A stretch of 64,000 bases of DNA from Tubulanus polymorphus (Eukaryota; Animalia; Nemertea): NCBI RefSeq assembly GCF_964204645.1, contig NC_134030.1, forward strand, positions 7,172,778 through 7,236,777, written 5' to 3'. A program made the position numbers and the translations under genes. The notes under the pieces are model-generated. The model was not told the DNA's origin. It worked only from the letters and a program-made list of their open reading frames with translations, and searched no databases. This document shows, one piece after another, positions 37,801 to 49,681 of this stretch. Within the stretch, counting starts at the first letter, position 1, and the number at the start of each line of letters is the position of its first letter.

Positions 37801-40800
37801 CGAAGAATAAGTTGTTTTCATACCGCGATCTATGTAATACACGTGATCCCCGGGAGAAGAGATTCAAATCAACAATTCGACACCAAAATCGAGTACATTT
37901 CTAGAAAGTTTCAAATTAAAGCGATGTTCTACAAACGCTGAAATACAAGCCGCGATCGCAGCAGCATTTTTTGCCCGGGCCAAATATCGGCCAAAAAAAC
38001 GTCGGACTAGGCCAGAGAAAATGTTCAGCGCGGGTCAAATTATTGCGAGTGAACTGGTTCCGAAAGTGACTCACTTCGCTTTGTATAAGCGTTGTTTAGT
38101 ATCGAGTGAGTGGTTTACGTGGACGCGCTCTCTAATTTGGCACGGGCCCAATTTGACTCGGGCCTGATCAGCGCCAATTAGGCCCGGGCCAAATCATCGC
38201 CGTGTGATCGAGGCTACTAGAATCGATGGATTAGAATCATGCCGAACTGGGCAAAGGGGGAACTACGTGGGCAATATAGAATTTTACCGACTCGGTCCTT
38301 TTGCCAAAGAGTCTTCAATGTTGATGATCCCCCTATTCAGAATCAACGCTCCATATTTAGATATTACATGCGGAATTTTGTTTTGCTTTGGTAGATTATT
38401 CGCATTCGCTCATAATCATAAATCATCGAGAGAGAGAGAGATAGAAAGAGAGAGAGAGAGAGAGAGCGAGGAGAATGGCGTGTTATATTAACTAACAGCT
38501 TCATTAACAACGATATATAATACATGAATATCGTTCCGTCAGCTCAAACAACTGATCGAAAATGTTGATGAATAATTGACTCCGTTTGGGAATAGAAACA
38601 TGTTCTTCAATCATGACTGCTCAATTCCCAGTCCCGTTAGTCGTAGATAAGTTCCGTAAGCCTCGTTTTTATACGAAATCATTCGTTGTTGTTCGCGTCG
38701 CTTGTTTCTCCGCAGACGACCGACCTCGTCAATGGTGATCTATTTATGTAACTAAAAACCATATTTCATCATGAACACTCAATAAGCGAGTCGAAGTTCA
38801 TTATTAACCCATTCAACGCGACAACAATCGATTGGCGAGAGGGCTTGAAACAGCAGGCTACGACAAGAATCTTCCAATGGCCAATTGACACAGTAAAAAG
38901 CAGTGTGATGCTACATAGAATCGGTATCTATCATTGATGGGTTTAACTAATAGGTATCTAATAGGAGATTTCAGAGGCATGAAGGACGTCTTTTCTATTT
39001 CTGTTCTTCTATTTCAGGAGTCGAGTCAGATCTACGATAAAACCGTTGTTGTAACTTCACTAAAGCAAACTGATGACATAAAAGGTACTTTTTCCACAAA
39101 AATCAATCTTTATCGGAATAATGCAAGATTTTGCAATAGGGCCGACAGGCCGCGGTACAAAGTGTCCACACGCACATCACAATAAAATTCTCACGATTTT
39201 ATGAAATCAATATTCAATATCATCCAATGAATAACTAATGGTAAATACACTTCATTTCTAGATTTATCAGTCCTAATTACGTTTTGTTATTTGACAAGTA
39301 TCCCATTGTCTTTGATAGCGGCGGCCACCTCCCCGCCGTCGCCGCTAATCTCGTCTCGCCAAGCGGTAACGATGATACGGGGAAAACTGTATCGACCTCA
39401 GATTTATCAGCGTTGATCACCGCGACGTTTACCTACACACCATTCACCACCGTCGCGATATACACATACACGACGAGAGATGTAATTCATTCTCATTAGT
39501 CGATATAATGGATAAGCTAAAAGCACGTTAAAACCGGGCAACTCTTCAATGGCGAAGAGAATGCTCATTTATCTTCGCTGGCCGCGACGAAAAAAACTGA
39601 TTATAAATCGACGCGGTAATGCGCGTTGAAGTTTATCGTTTGCCGAGTAGCGAATCAACGCCGGAATGGAAATGGACTGAAATGCTGATTAAATTGTCAA
39701 CAAGAGACCTATTCCCTGCCATACACTGTTTATGAAACGATGCCACCCGTGTGGCTTAGTTTTATGCTCGCTTATAATCATCATTAAAATTAATATACTT
39801 ATTGGAAATAGCGCCGATGATGATATTTAGTGCGTATGTTCTACAGTGTTTTAGTACTTAAATATTATAATCTAGGCCTAGATTTCTCTGGTGTTACATT
39901 CGGCTTAATAAATCTTGATTTCTATGAACTATGACGGCTTCACTCCCCTCTAAAGCTTAGTTCTGGAACACTGCAAAATAGTATCACAATATAGTGCTGG
40001 TCGGTCCTTGGATTTCTAGGCTTCCATATCCAAATATCATCACACTATTCACCAATCATACTGATCCATACAACTATCAATCTATAAATCGCGTCGTAGA
40101 GGATTTCGCGGAGGATATTTCTTTTATTTCTTTTTTTTTCATTTTATCGCATTTCTCTTGGATGTTTCGTTTGCTCGTGGCATCTCAAACCCAACCGCAG
40201 TTCTCATCGGAACTGATATATAAATGTTTTATTGCGTCTGAGTGTAACGCTTATTTGCACCATCCCTGCCGTTTCGCCCTGCGTCGAGACCGTGCGCGTG
40301 CACACATATTATTCCTCCATATAATATAAGCTTTATTTATTAGATTACGCGTCAACTTCGCGACAGTATTAAGTTGCCAGATGTAAACAGAATAGAATAT
40401 AATCTAGTCGCTTTCTTTTGAAGACGATGAAGCCGCCGCGGCCGGCATCTACCGATCTCGTTTGTCCGTATTTACAAAGACATCTTTCTTAATGAAACAA
40501 GTTCGTCGTCGTCGTCGTCGCTTCGACTCGATAGGTTTATTATTTCCGTGCTCCGCGTGGCGTAACTAGAATTTAGCTCGAATCTTCTCTCGCCAAACGA
40601 ACGTGGCTGTCATTTTTAATCGATTTCTGCCACTCTGAAGAATTCGATTCATTCATCAGCAACTGAGGGTCCCCGCTCGCTCACTCGCTAGCTCTCACTC
40701 TCTCGAGCTGCCATTAGTGTGATCAGCGTGGAATAAATGAATATATTGAATTTTCCTCGAGCATAACCCATTTTTATTGCAGTGTTTGCAGACAGTATAT

Positions 40801-42933
40801 TAAAACCCTCTTATAGCGCACCGAGTGGTCTTCAACATCCAAATGAAGCCGGTACTTCTGAAAAAAACCATTCCGACCACTCCATATGAGATTTACACAA
40901 CGACAAATTGTTCATAACTGAATGGCACATATACATGACGAGTGCATTGAGAAGTATTTGAGAATAAGAGTCCTGATACGTCCTTATTAACTAAATGAAG
41001 CCCCCCTCAGGAATCAGGAGTGTCCACACCAATGTTAATTTAACTGTCAATATTATATTAGTCACAGTTAAACCCAACTGATCTTTGAAACCGAATAGGA
41101 ATAGTTTCAAACCGGCTAATAAACATAACTACACCGCATTTTTCGAATTATAATATGATGCTATAGCGCTGGGACGGTTTAGATTGATGGAGGACCATCT
41201 ATTTTTTTCGAACCGAAACCTCGGACTGCTTTATGAAATAATGCGGACGTAGCACCACATTTTTACTTACATGCTCGCCATGGCCAAGCTTAATTTTTTT
41301 GATAGGAGTTACGCCGGAAATGACGTTTTGGTTGCCATCTTGAAAATCTAAGATTACCGCCAAAACGTCATTTCCGGTCATGGATCAACCATTTGTAGCT
41401 TGGCTTTCGGGGAACATGTGAAAACAATTTGGTGCTTTCGGAACGTCCACATTATTCCTAAATATGGACCTAAGCTGCCTGGCTATAGGGAACAACGTCT
41501 ATGATAGTGATGATGCTCTTTTGCACAAGCTGCAGCTGTCGTGTAGGATATGCTAATCTACAGCACTTAACGAAATAAAACCCGAGAAATACATAATTGA
41601 TAAACGCCGCACGGCAATCAAATTCTCCACTTAACCAGATATGTTTGTGCTCATGTTTGTACTTCACACATTTTCTTACATCTAGACTATACATACTAAA
41701 CAGTTCAAAGTAACATGCCGATGTTTTCGGATGGAGTCGTTGATACTGATGATGTATTTGGCCGTATTTACCAATGAATTATTGATACAAACATCTATAT
41801 CGGCGACGAGTATTTTTCTACGAATACTTCAAAAATACTTCGCATTTCTATCTGTACCACGCGGGCGACGATCATCGCTCGATGACCAGTGTTGACTAGT
41901 GTGAGCCGAACCCCTCGCGGTCGAGCTGGTCATCGTTTCGAAAGCTCGAGCTTTTTAATTCTTAAACACTATATTCTTAAACAACCCATTTTTAATTGAT
42001 ATTGCCCGAGCAGTTGTATTCACTTCCACATAAGCTGATTTACGGTGCATTCTTTGCCGATGGGTTCGGGAACTAAGCTAGCACGAGCTTCTAGTAAACT
42101 CTACAGTACCCGGTGGCTGTAAGTATATGTCGCGTGCAAACAGACAAGCCTCTCGTGGTTCCGGGCTTTACACCACTTGTTGAATACGACAGGCGAACGA
42201 ACGAAAGCAAACATGTACTCGGGTAAAAAAGAGCGCTTGAAGGGTTTTGTTTGAAATCGAATCTTCTGCCACGGTGCAGTACTAGCATCATCCTGTGAAC
42301 CTTGATCGAATCGAATGGATCCTTATACAATTCGATTAAAGCTTCAAGTGACTGATATTTGATCACCACCCCACGACGACGATGACGGCGACACAGTTGA
42401 GCGGTAAATATAAGGTTTTCGTCTAACCCGCACTATGTCAGTCTATATACCTACCTGCTGCTATCGAGCAACTGCGCGCCGTTTCGTGATAAGAATGTAA
42501 ATGACTCTTAATTTCATTTTAGCTCGTTCAACTCGCGGAAAAGTATCATAATGGATCACCAGCTCGCGGAAGGCTTAGACACAAACCCTTCAAGCAGAAT
42601 ACGCTTACGCTCATTTTTTCCCGAAGAGTAGTCGATGTGTGGAATCCAAAATGCTCTGAACTCCATCACTGTAACTGATACTTCGGGGATGATCTTAGGT
42701 GTGCTTTTACATTTTTTCCGCGGTGTAATCGTTATACGCAGTTTCGAATTGCATTCGTCGATATAAATTTCAGATGTTTCTACAAACGTGAGGATCAAAG
42801 AGAAGTATACTCGTAGCGTGGAAAAACTTGGCCTTTGATTGCGAATTGGTGTCATTTGGTACCTGCGGCAGAGATAAAGACAGCTCTTGTCACAGACAGA
42901 TATTAGCACTTTCTCACTCACTCTCTCTCTCCC

Positions 42934-42969
<36 letters not shown>

Positions 42970-44471
42970 CGCCAGTTCACTGCTCACCAAGTGCGCGTGG
43001 ACAGCCACAGAGTTAAACTATGATCAGCAGACGAGAAGATGTGAGTGGGTTTCCTTGCGGAAAATGCTTAAGTATGAAATCTTGCCATCCAACACCTCAC
43101 ACACTTACCGAAACACAGAAATCGATCATTCGCGTTCACCAGACTGTGAAATATTCCGGCTCTCTACGTTTCGAATATCGCAGCTTCAACTTTACACGAA
43201 GGTATATACTGCACACAGATATCGAAGTTTGATCAGAGAAGTGGCGTGCATTACTTTAATATTACCCTGGGTCGTTAAATCACTGGTTTATTGCGAACTC
43301 TACGCCTATACAGGCCATGCCGCATCTTTAGTCTCATATTGGAGAGGTGTTTGAACCCATTATTCACCCAGCATGTACCCCATGGTATCTTAATTCTACA
43401 CGGTGATTTTCAATACCGCAGATAAAAGTTTAAGAAGGTAACATTATACGACCTCCTCCAGACCCTCGTACGCCTCGGTCGTGGTTCTTCTGAGAAATAG
43501 ATACGTTGTTGGGCATCAACGACGAGTTCCCCTCGCCGAAACCCGACCGCCTATACTAATGATCGAAACAAAAATCGTATAATTTCTTCGTAGATAATTT
43601 CCTGATTTCTCGTCTCATTGGTTCACAATACAACCTGCGGCTCCGGCGAACGTTAAATGGCTAAATAAGCCCCCACGATCAATCAATGATTAATCCGAGA
43701 TAAAACTATGACGGCAGCGGCGGCGGTGGCGGCGGCGTCAGTAGCATCGTGATCAGTACCGCTGCAGCAGTACCACCGTCGTCGCGCTCAGATACGTATT
43801 ACTGTAGGAAAGAAAACTATCGTGGATATAGATGGATTTTCTTTAACAATCTCCGCCATAGAATAATAGCAGTGACAAGATCAAATAAGGAGCCCATGGG
43901 TAACAATAGACGTTGTTAATTCTCAGATAAAAGCGACAAGATAATTGTGTCTCGGCGCAATCATATTCGACCTTGACCTTCGCCCCGCAATCATATCTTC
44001 GTCGTTTCTTCGAGTAGCGAGGAATATGCCGTTTCCAAATCATTGATACTCTAGGTCTAGGATTTTCAGATTTACATTAATTATTGACACCGTAAGTTCC
44101 TGACATCGGCTTCCGATGACTGCTCTCGATCAAAGCCTTTTCTAATAAATAATCCTGTCCGGTTCAACATTGTCGAGGCTTTTTTGCCCTGGGAAGTTTG
44201 GACAAAATGTCACACTTTATAATCTATAATCAGTTTATAGCATTTGAAGAATCGACTCAAAGTTCGGTGTTCTAATGATTCGGTGGTTTGATATCGATCA
44301 TCAATGTGACTGGGTAAGTAAGTGCTCAGGAGCGGTAGACAGGGACATTACGATGCTAGGGCAATAGGCTCGCGTGGGGCTCGGTCCCAAGATCAGGCGT
44401 CAATCGCTCAAGAGATGTGTGAACTTACCTGTATTAGCGAACAGAAGTACTCCGACCAATAGATATTCCAT
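10749..44471 (-). CDS. KIRREL: Kin-of-IRRE/Neph/SYG-1-like Ig-superfamily adhesion protein (gene span of spliced CDS; 14 core exons, 705 aa)
   Basis: Hand-joined exons give signal peptide + 5 Ig domains + TM + cytoplasmic tail ending STNV*. There is no FN3, which separates it from nephrin. Ig1 has the family signature QWTKD.FGLG..RDL.GFERYSM.G. All junction phases are consistent (2118 nt including stop). Confidence 0.9.
11571..11713 (-). CDS. KIRREL: KIRREL cytoplasmic exon
   Basis: TTGCAG acceptor, GTATGT donor; reads DINIKSATNGG...YPDTAIGTYRRD; phase 0 to 2. Confidence 0.8.
12261..12502 (-). CDS. KIRREL: KIRREL cytoplasmic exon (polyQ, Tyr motifs)
   Basis: TTTCAG acceptor, GTAACA donor; reads SNSANNTLEKKKK...QQQQQQQQ...DIKVEYDPE...EYDEVNL; phase 1 to 0. 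Confidence 0.82.
12609..12702. mobile_element. Short MITE
   Basis: Terminal inverted repeats GCCAAATTCACAAAAGCTT / AAGCTTTTGTAAATTTGGC. Confidence 0.6.
13424..13447 (-). CDS. Candidate 24-nt cassette microexon of KIRREL
   Basis: ...ctgtataatCAG|TTTTGCTGCATCCAACAGCCATAC|GTGAGT; phase 1-1, open ((V)LLHPTAI). Confidence 0.5.
14189..14260 (-). CDS. Candidate 72-nt cassette exon of KIRREL
   Basis: Pyrimidine tract + CAG, donor G|GTAGAT; phase 1-1, open ((A)WTTSSLSRSGSYSSLRKQKRKSS). Confidence 0.55.
15194..15214 (-). CDS. Candidate 21-nt cassette microexon of KIRREL
   Basis: ...catttttCAG|AACCTATAGTTTACCAAAAGG|GTGAGT; phase 1-1, open ((E)PIVYQK). Confidence 0.55.
15828..15941 (-). CDS. KIRREL: KIRREL transmembrane exon
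   Basis: Reads DTIPLAYVLIGVFGGVGVILLLAVILFLCNRNRSDSGG; TTTCAG acceptor, GTGAGT donor. Confidence 0.9.
16304..16452 (-). CDS. KIRREL: KIRREL Ig5 second half
   Basis: Reads YSVKEE...SILKIQNLSPSDYGEYNCTVENGYG (D.G.Y.C motif); canonical splice sites. Confidence 0.92.
16555..16702 (-). CDS. KIRREL: KIRREL Ig5 first half
   Basis: Reads GPPKISSSSRQYATSGQIATVKCETISVPEPQNIVW, matching the Neph-family 'GPP.I.S...Q.A' motif. Confidence 0.92.
17059..17316 (-). CDS. KIRREL: KIRREL Ig4
   Basis: Reads YGPKFTVIP...LNCDASGNPAPVVYW...DFGRYTCVASVQGFREI; phase 1-1. Confidence 0.93.
17386..17602. repeat. Dispersed repeat (MITE-like), copy 1
   Basis: Shares GCGCAGT..TTTCCCC, GTGTGCATTACC, TTAGTTTCATCAT and a GGATCCGCCC(C)TG end with 50967-51166. 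Confidence 0.7.
17843..17994 (-). CDS. KIRREL: KIRREL Ig3 second half
   Basis: Reads WYKNDQLIPGE...RDYHNSIITCECTNEIGS; canonical splice sites. Confidence 0.92.
18609..18717 (-). CDS. KIRREL: KIRREL Ig3 first half
   Basis: Reads YAPELRMSVQPSQNLKEFQTITFTCDGKGNPNKLAW; canonical splice sites. Confidence 0.92.
18809..18936 (-). CDS. KIRREL: KIRREL Ig2 second half
   Basis: Reads REDATSVLTITPTKSDQGRTYECQVKNSAM; phase 2 to 1. Confidence 0.92.
20050..20063 (-). promoter_or_regulatory. CTCF-like motif
   Basis: CCGCTAGATGGCGC on the minus strand; motif match only. Confidence 0.4.
22205..22400 (-). mobile_element. tRNA-derived SINE
   Basis: Minus strand has A-box TAGCTCGGTTG and B-box GGTTCGAAACC at tRNA spacing, but no acceptor-stem pairing; followed by a non-tRNA body. 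Confidence 0.6.
24189..24228 (-). ncRNA. Minimal type-I hammerhead ribozyme motif (mirror copy)
   Basis: On the minus strand: CAC-CTGACGA-T-GATCTC(TAGTGT)GAGATC-GAAA-CA-TC-GTG. Confidence 0.6.
24245..24286 (+). ncRNA. Minimal type-I hammerhead ribozyme motif
   Basis: ACAC-CTGACGA-T-GATCTC(TAGTGT)GAGATC-GAAA-GG-TC-GTGT: stem I 4 bp, stem II 6 bp, conserved core. Confidence 0.7.
27798..27981 (-). CDS. KIRREL: KIRREL Ig2 first half
   Basis: Reads LPDRPKIDEG...NITCTAINGKPAPTITW...DGKR; TAG acceptor, GTAAGC donor. Confidence 0.92.
29119..29241 (-). CDS. KIRREL: KIRREL Ig1 second half
   Basis: Reads GEYKLMIQDTRLEDDGTYQCQV...IRSRNARLSIL; canonical splice sites. Confidence 0.93.
29357..29441. repeat. 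(ATT/ATC)n microsatellite
   Basis: Directly visible; a similar tract lies at about 26706-26752. Confidence 0.9.
30430..30510 (+). mobile_element. tRNA-derived SINE remnant
   Basis: CACGATCAGGTTCGAATCCCAGC B-box context shared with the 8.96 and 35.16 kb copies. Confidence 0.45.
31924..32086. repeat. Dispersed repeat, copy 1
   Basis: AGTCACTG.GAACTTCTAGAAAA...CACAAGGAC.ACCGC...TCAACCATCA shared with 36485-36665. Confidence 0.75.
33613..33804 (-). CDS. KIRREL: KIRREL Ig1 first half
   Basis: Reads VTCLQRFVVEPSD...LDCMV...LQWTKDSFGLGTSRDLTGFERYSMIG; donor GTAAGT. Confidence 0.93.
35090..35475. mobile_element. Two head-to-head SINE-like copies
   Basis: TAGACCGAGTGCGCAG (35210-35225) vs CTGCGCACTCGGTCTA (35378-35393); GGGTACCCATCCTCC vs GGAGGATGTCGGGTACCC; B-box GGTTCGAATCC on the minus strand at about 35157-35167. 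Confidence 0.6.
36485..36665. repeat. Dispersed repeat, copy 2
   Basis: Colinear similarity to 31924-32086. Confidence 0.75.
37968..38205. repeat. Element built of palindromic TTTGGCCCGGGCCAAA-like subrepeats
   Basis: Several degenerate copies of the palindrome; a related element lies at 58098-58196. Confidence 0.6.
38427..38467. repeat. (GA)n microsatellite
   Basis: Directly visible. Confidence 0.9.
41314..41377. repeat. Internal hairpin of a probable non-autonomous DNA transposon
   Basis: CCGGAAATGACGTTTTGG ... CCAAAACGTCATTTCCGG, perfect 18-bp arms. Confidence 0.7.
42914..42970. repeat. (CT)n/poly-C microsatellite
   Basis: Directly visible. Confidence 0.9.
44429..44471 (-). CDS. KIRREL: KIRREL signal-peptide coding part of exon 44429-44561
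   Basis: Reads MEYLLVGVLLFANT, then AG|GTAAGT (phase 1), joining to give MEYLLVGVLLFANTVTC-LQRF. Acceptor TTTTCAG at 44562. Confidence 0.8.
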
Positions 44472-45149
44472 AGTATGTCCGCTATGTAGGACGTACGCGC
44501 GTAATGATGAGAATCCTCTACTGTTACCAGTGCGACATATCACAGTCTCCGAGACATCAGTCTGAAAACATCGAAAATAATGAGACATCATCATATTATT
44601 AATGAGATGGACGCACGCGGGCGCAATACCTGTATCATGACTACCGATTATAAACTGCCACAGTTCAATCTCACGGTCAATTACACTAAGCAGAATTAGG
44701 TGGTTACAGAAAATCTCATCTCTATTCATCAACCGGCTAAGCAAGCGCAAACGACATTCCATCCCGCGGTGCCACGTGAAATTTTATGATTCAGACGAGC
44801 TTTCGCTGATTCGTTGTTCATAGAATATTACAAATCATTTTAAATTACAAAGATCTTAACATTCGATGTTCTAATCGTTTCGAAATGTAAATTTGTAGAC
44901 GTTTTATAACCATCGGTAAAACAATATCCGTGTTATGACGATAAACTATAACTAGACTATATAGACTAAAGATGTACTGACAAAAGGTATTCCTGAAGAT
45001 GGTTTCCATAGACAAGTGGTTGTCTGAAGTCAATAAGTTTCAATAAGAAAAACTAAGAGATTTGTTCAATGTTTCAACAAAAAACATATTTTGAAAATGG
45101 CTCACACTTTTAGTTGAAACTTATTTATTTTCTTCTTATGGGTATCAAC

Positions 45150-45190
45150 TTATTCCTGAAGATGACTATTAAAGTCGAAACGTCGAATAA
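45150..45190 (+). ncRNA. Minimal type-I hammerhead ribozyme motif (intact)
   Basis: TTATTC-CTGAAGA-T-GACT(ATTAA)AGTC-GAAA-CG-TC-GAATAA: 6-bp stem I, 4-bp stem II, palindromic ACGT at stem III, GUC cleavage triplet. Confidence 0.8.
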
Positions 45191-47265
45191 ACCACTAGCT
45201 CGTAGAAACATTTTTCGGAGTTCATATCTTCAGTTATCATTGCGGGATTCTCTGTAGATTGCAGATACACACATACGTACACAGACGACAGAATACGGCA
45301 GAAACCTTTATCAAATACTTGACGAAGTCAAGAGTTACAAGCAATACACTTAAGCAATCACGGCAACACAAGAAAAGATTGGAAATTCTGAGCACAACAA
45401 TCTAACGACGCGCTTTCAACTGTCATCGACGTCGTGCTCGTCGCACGGAGATGTTTGCGACAACCTTCGGCGTCATTTTTGTATCGCTATCGGTTTGGTA
45501 TATTATAGGCTGAGGGTAAAAAAACTAATTCGCGCGACGCGATCGATCGTAATTGTAAACGATATCCCCAGGTAGTAATGATCGCCGTCTAGAAGAAAAG
45601 GGCCACCTCAATGAGAAGGCAGGGGTCTGGACACCCCCTTAATCCACCCCTGAATAGGTTGTACTGTATTACGTATTGTGTCTTTATTACGATACATGTT
45701 AGTATCGGAAGTAGTTAAATCTGGTTGTTCTAGCCGATAGAGGGCGCATATAAGCCCTTAGTATTATTGTATATTCATTGGTAATCGATGACGAATCGAC
45801 GATGCCGACATCTAAAACGCAAAAAGCGTAATATGATTATGAAAATATGATAAACACAATAACCAAAGACCAAAACCGGACGGACATAAAATTCTGAAGC
45901 AACACTGTATGTATTAATCTGTTGCTCTAGTATGTCGCAGCGGCAACCTTTCAGACTGGCGGCTTCCTCCTGGGAATCGGCTTAATACGTATTGCGGAAT
46001 AGCCAGCCGACTATCAACGCGGAAAAGACGCACACAACGTTCACACCGAGATAACAAGTGACATGAGCCGACAAAATACCACGTCTTAACAGTTAGACCA
46101 CGTCAAACAATGATTCTCGACATTCTGATGACAGAGTAATTTACATCGGTTCTGATTGCATTTTAGATTGAATCGTTTTCAAATGCGGGCGTCCATAATA
46201 CAAATCAAGTCATATTAGTCAGCTTTATTTGGCTGGTTGCATTTCAGAATTCAGGAGGAGGGGGTTTAATTCGATTTTGCAATGAAAAAGTAGCACTTTC
46301 AAGCGCCTATCCTTACTCAGCTTTACACTATTTTCGGAGCATTATATCCTTGGAATCAACGTCTGAAAACGTTCACGAGCCGCTTTCGCATCCATATTTC
46401 AAAAACGTGTAAACAGATATCGCGGAGAAAACCGCATTAAGATCCGATATCAAATGATTTTGGAATTCTTGAACAAAAGCTAAGCAAATACGACCGTCGT
46501 CGAAAACTCTGGATCTATACCAGCTTCTAAATACGTCATTAGAAAGTAGCTCGTTAAAGCGTAGTTTAAATATGATTTGAATGGCATGCCGTGCTGTCAA
46601 CTGAACACGAGAGGAATTAGCATTTGATCCATCGCCAATGACCTGCAGAAACGATACCCAATCTGAATATCTGATTTGAGACACAACATAACTAAGCCCG
46701 TATTCTATTTGCCAGATAATTGCTTATTCGTCATTGTTTGTCAAGCGAAACTTACTTTACTTATCATGTCTCATGTAACCGATGTCAAACAGCTAAGCCT
46801 GATAATTCTTATGTCCATATTCTCTATTACTAAGACAAATCAGAAAAGATGATCATAAGATTTTCGTGTTTCTCACCGAAGTGTTTTTATCTTTAGCCAT
46901 CTTACAGCTCAATTTCGAGTCTTGATCAGGTTCTTATTCGAGGCTTTTTGACGCTCCACGGCTTACGAACGGAGCTCTTTGATCATTAGGCATACGTCTA
47001 TACAAATGAGTCAAGACAGTGAAGAATTCACGAAGTTTCTGACAAAACACGGGAGGTTAAGGCCTCCAGCCATGGGTACGGGGATGTATATTACAACCTG
47101 AAAACGCTACCGTGGCAAGCGAGTATCCGCTAGGTGCAATAGTGTGAAGTGCGAGTTGATATATTGTAAATAGTGTATATTGTTAATAAACTTGTTATAT
47201 TTTATCAAGAGATGTTTGCATTTTCTGTTGTTTTGTTAATATTGTATACCGTATATATTTGATAG

Positions 47266-47309
47266 TGTCCCTCCATATACCATGAAAACGGTTGGACTGT
47301 GAATAAATT
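47266..47309 (+). repeat. Dispersed repeat, LINE 3'-end-like, copy 1
   Basis: TCCCTCCATATACCATG.AAA.GGTTGGA.TGT.AATAAATT shared with 53073-53119. Confidence 0.7.
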
Positions 47310-49405
47310 CATATTGTTATCGACAGAGTAATATCTGTACTCATCTCACTGTAAACAAACAAGCATCTTGATAAATACAGATAGTGGATTATGAATAAAA
47401 TAGGAAAGGACAATGGAAAAGCCTTGAGGCTGTAGTCAAAAACAAAACGATCTCGATTTAAATCTATACTATCTCGCGGTGAAATTCGCAAAAATCTAGA
47501 TGCACGACGTATCTAGTTTCTGGATGAGTAAAGCTGGATCGTAGAAGGCTTAGAATACCGATCACATTACTACTAATGTTTGTCGAGTATGTATGAGATT
47601 TCCAGCCACGTCATCTAGTGATAGCGCTGTTGTTATGGCGGTTCCTCATTAAATGCGAGACTGGTGATACCTAATCGACAACCCTGATCACGATGAAATA
47701 TAATCTGACATTGTTTACAAGGTTGGTCAACAGATCTCTCCACACAACAAAAAAAAGACAAACAGCGGTCACCGTTACGAACAGGACACGCACGTGGCGA
47801 GTCTTCTGAGAAATCATCAGCGGTATGAGAACGTAATGATGCAGGAGGCTGGGCGACCGATGATATGAATATATCTTACGGATGACTGCGGCGTATGGTC
47901 ATTCCATCACAAGATGAGACGACATAAAATTCATCTGTAGTTTATCCGAGTCGTGTCCGTGTGACGACGCTACATATAGGTTAATGACGCAGAAGCATCG
48001 GCGGCTTTTGTCCGTTTTCGCAAAAGAGAAAATGTCATTACCGCCGTAAGAAGAAACGGACGAGCTAAACTGATCATCATTGCATATCGGTCGTAAAACG
48101 TATCAGCGGCGCGCACAGCTCAAGGGGAAACGACTGATGGGCCGAATTTGCAAATGTCGCAGACGCGAACGTTTTGTGTGATAGATTATTTCACGGCGGG
48201 CGAATGAATGGAAATATGACAGCGTGAAAACAAACGAACCCGTAGCAGTATATATAGGGAACGCGCCGGCGATTGAAAAGAAAGAAAGAAAACGTTCATT
48301 TCGAATAGGAATAACGCGTGAAGTGTCGCTGAAGCCGTGTTTACTGATGGTCCGAGATCAAAGTAATACCAATCAACTCACCATGAATCCCACTGTTCAT
48401 CAATTAGTCAAGTACTTTGTATTCCAGTTACAAGCTATAGAACCGGCGTCATAGAAGGCATGTTCTTGGATTCAGCCTTTCACTTGTCTCATGCAGTTTT
48501 TCTTGTAAATATTTTTGTAATTTCGGTATTGTTTATATGTATATATTGTTTTCTTTTTCTACTATTTCGGTGTTCATTGGCGATCATGTCATTTGATTAT
48601 GATGAATAAACTAACTAACCAACTAAAGTCAGACCGCCGCCGATAGTCATAATGGGGTAGCTGACCCTAAACCTAACCCTTAATCCTGAGATCTATTGCA
48701 AGGAGGCATGTCGAATAAGGGGAGACATTTCATTCTATAGAACCGGTATCATGCAACCACAGCCACACATCTCAATTACACAGATTGGTGAACCAACGTT
48801 TGAAATGTATGTTTGTTATGAGAAAAATTCCCGGGCGGAACTTCAGAAGGTCACGATCGTGATCGGTTTCGCGGCTACGCGCGTGTAAAAAATTTTCCCC
48901 CGACTTATGTGCGAAATTGGTCCCGCGAGGCCAATTTCATGAGCGGATTGCGAACCTGATTGAATTGTCTACGATGAACGAACGAACGGACGTTATCATT
49001 ACAACCTAGCAATTCTTCATAACAACGCTAACAATGGCCGTCGGGCCGACGATAATCAGGCCCGCGACTTTTTCTTTCGTCGACGCGTAATTGGTTGATT
49101 TTTACCTGAACGACGACGTTGATTGACTTCGTTGAAAGAAATGCTCGTAGGAAACAGGCAAATGACAGGTGACGGTCAGCGCCGACTCCTTCGTGTGAGT
49201 CATAACGACTCTTATTCGCGTGTCATCCGCGGCAGAGAGCTGCCAAATGTTATCAGTAGCAAGTCGAGCGAGTTTAGATTTCTAACAGTTACTCGTTGCG
49301 CAACCAGAAAAATAAGACTCTTCTGTAACCACTACAGAGTGTACAGCCAGAATATGTCGATAAACGGTATCGCTGAATAGCCCCGCGGTAGAAACCAGTA
49401 AACAT

Positions 49406-49681
49406 AGCAAAAACGTCAAGGCCAACATTTTGATGTTTAACAGTTTATTTCCGGGACATGTTACGCCTGTGTCACACGTCTTCTTCACGTGTTATGGGAA
49501 TGGTTGAACAGATTGTAAGAGTTAATGTTGATATTCAGAGTTGTCATTAACATTAACTCGCATAATCCTATGTATGTTCAACTATTTCTATCATACCACG
49601 TGAAGAGACTTGTGCGACGCAGTCGAAGCATGTCGTATAAAGAACTGTTATAATCAAAATGTTGGCCTTGACTTTTTTGCT
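49406..49681. mobile_element. Foldback MITE (imperfect inverted repeat, arms about 105 bp)
   Basis: GTCAAGGCCAACATTTTGAT ... ATCAAAATGTTGGCCTTGAC, plus inner pairs TCTTCACGTG/CACGTGAAGA and GTTGAACA/TGTTCAAC. Confidence 0.8.

Noticed and set aside
49282-49488. ORF with signal-peptide-like MLALTFLLCLLVSTAG as a candidate KIRREL first coding exon
   Set aside because: Lies in a MITE arm and has no suitable donor; 44429-44471 fits better.
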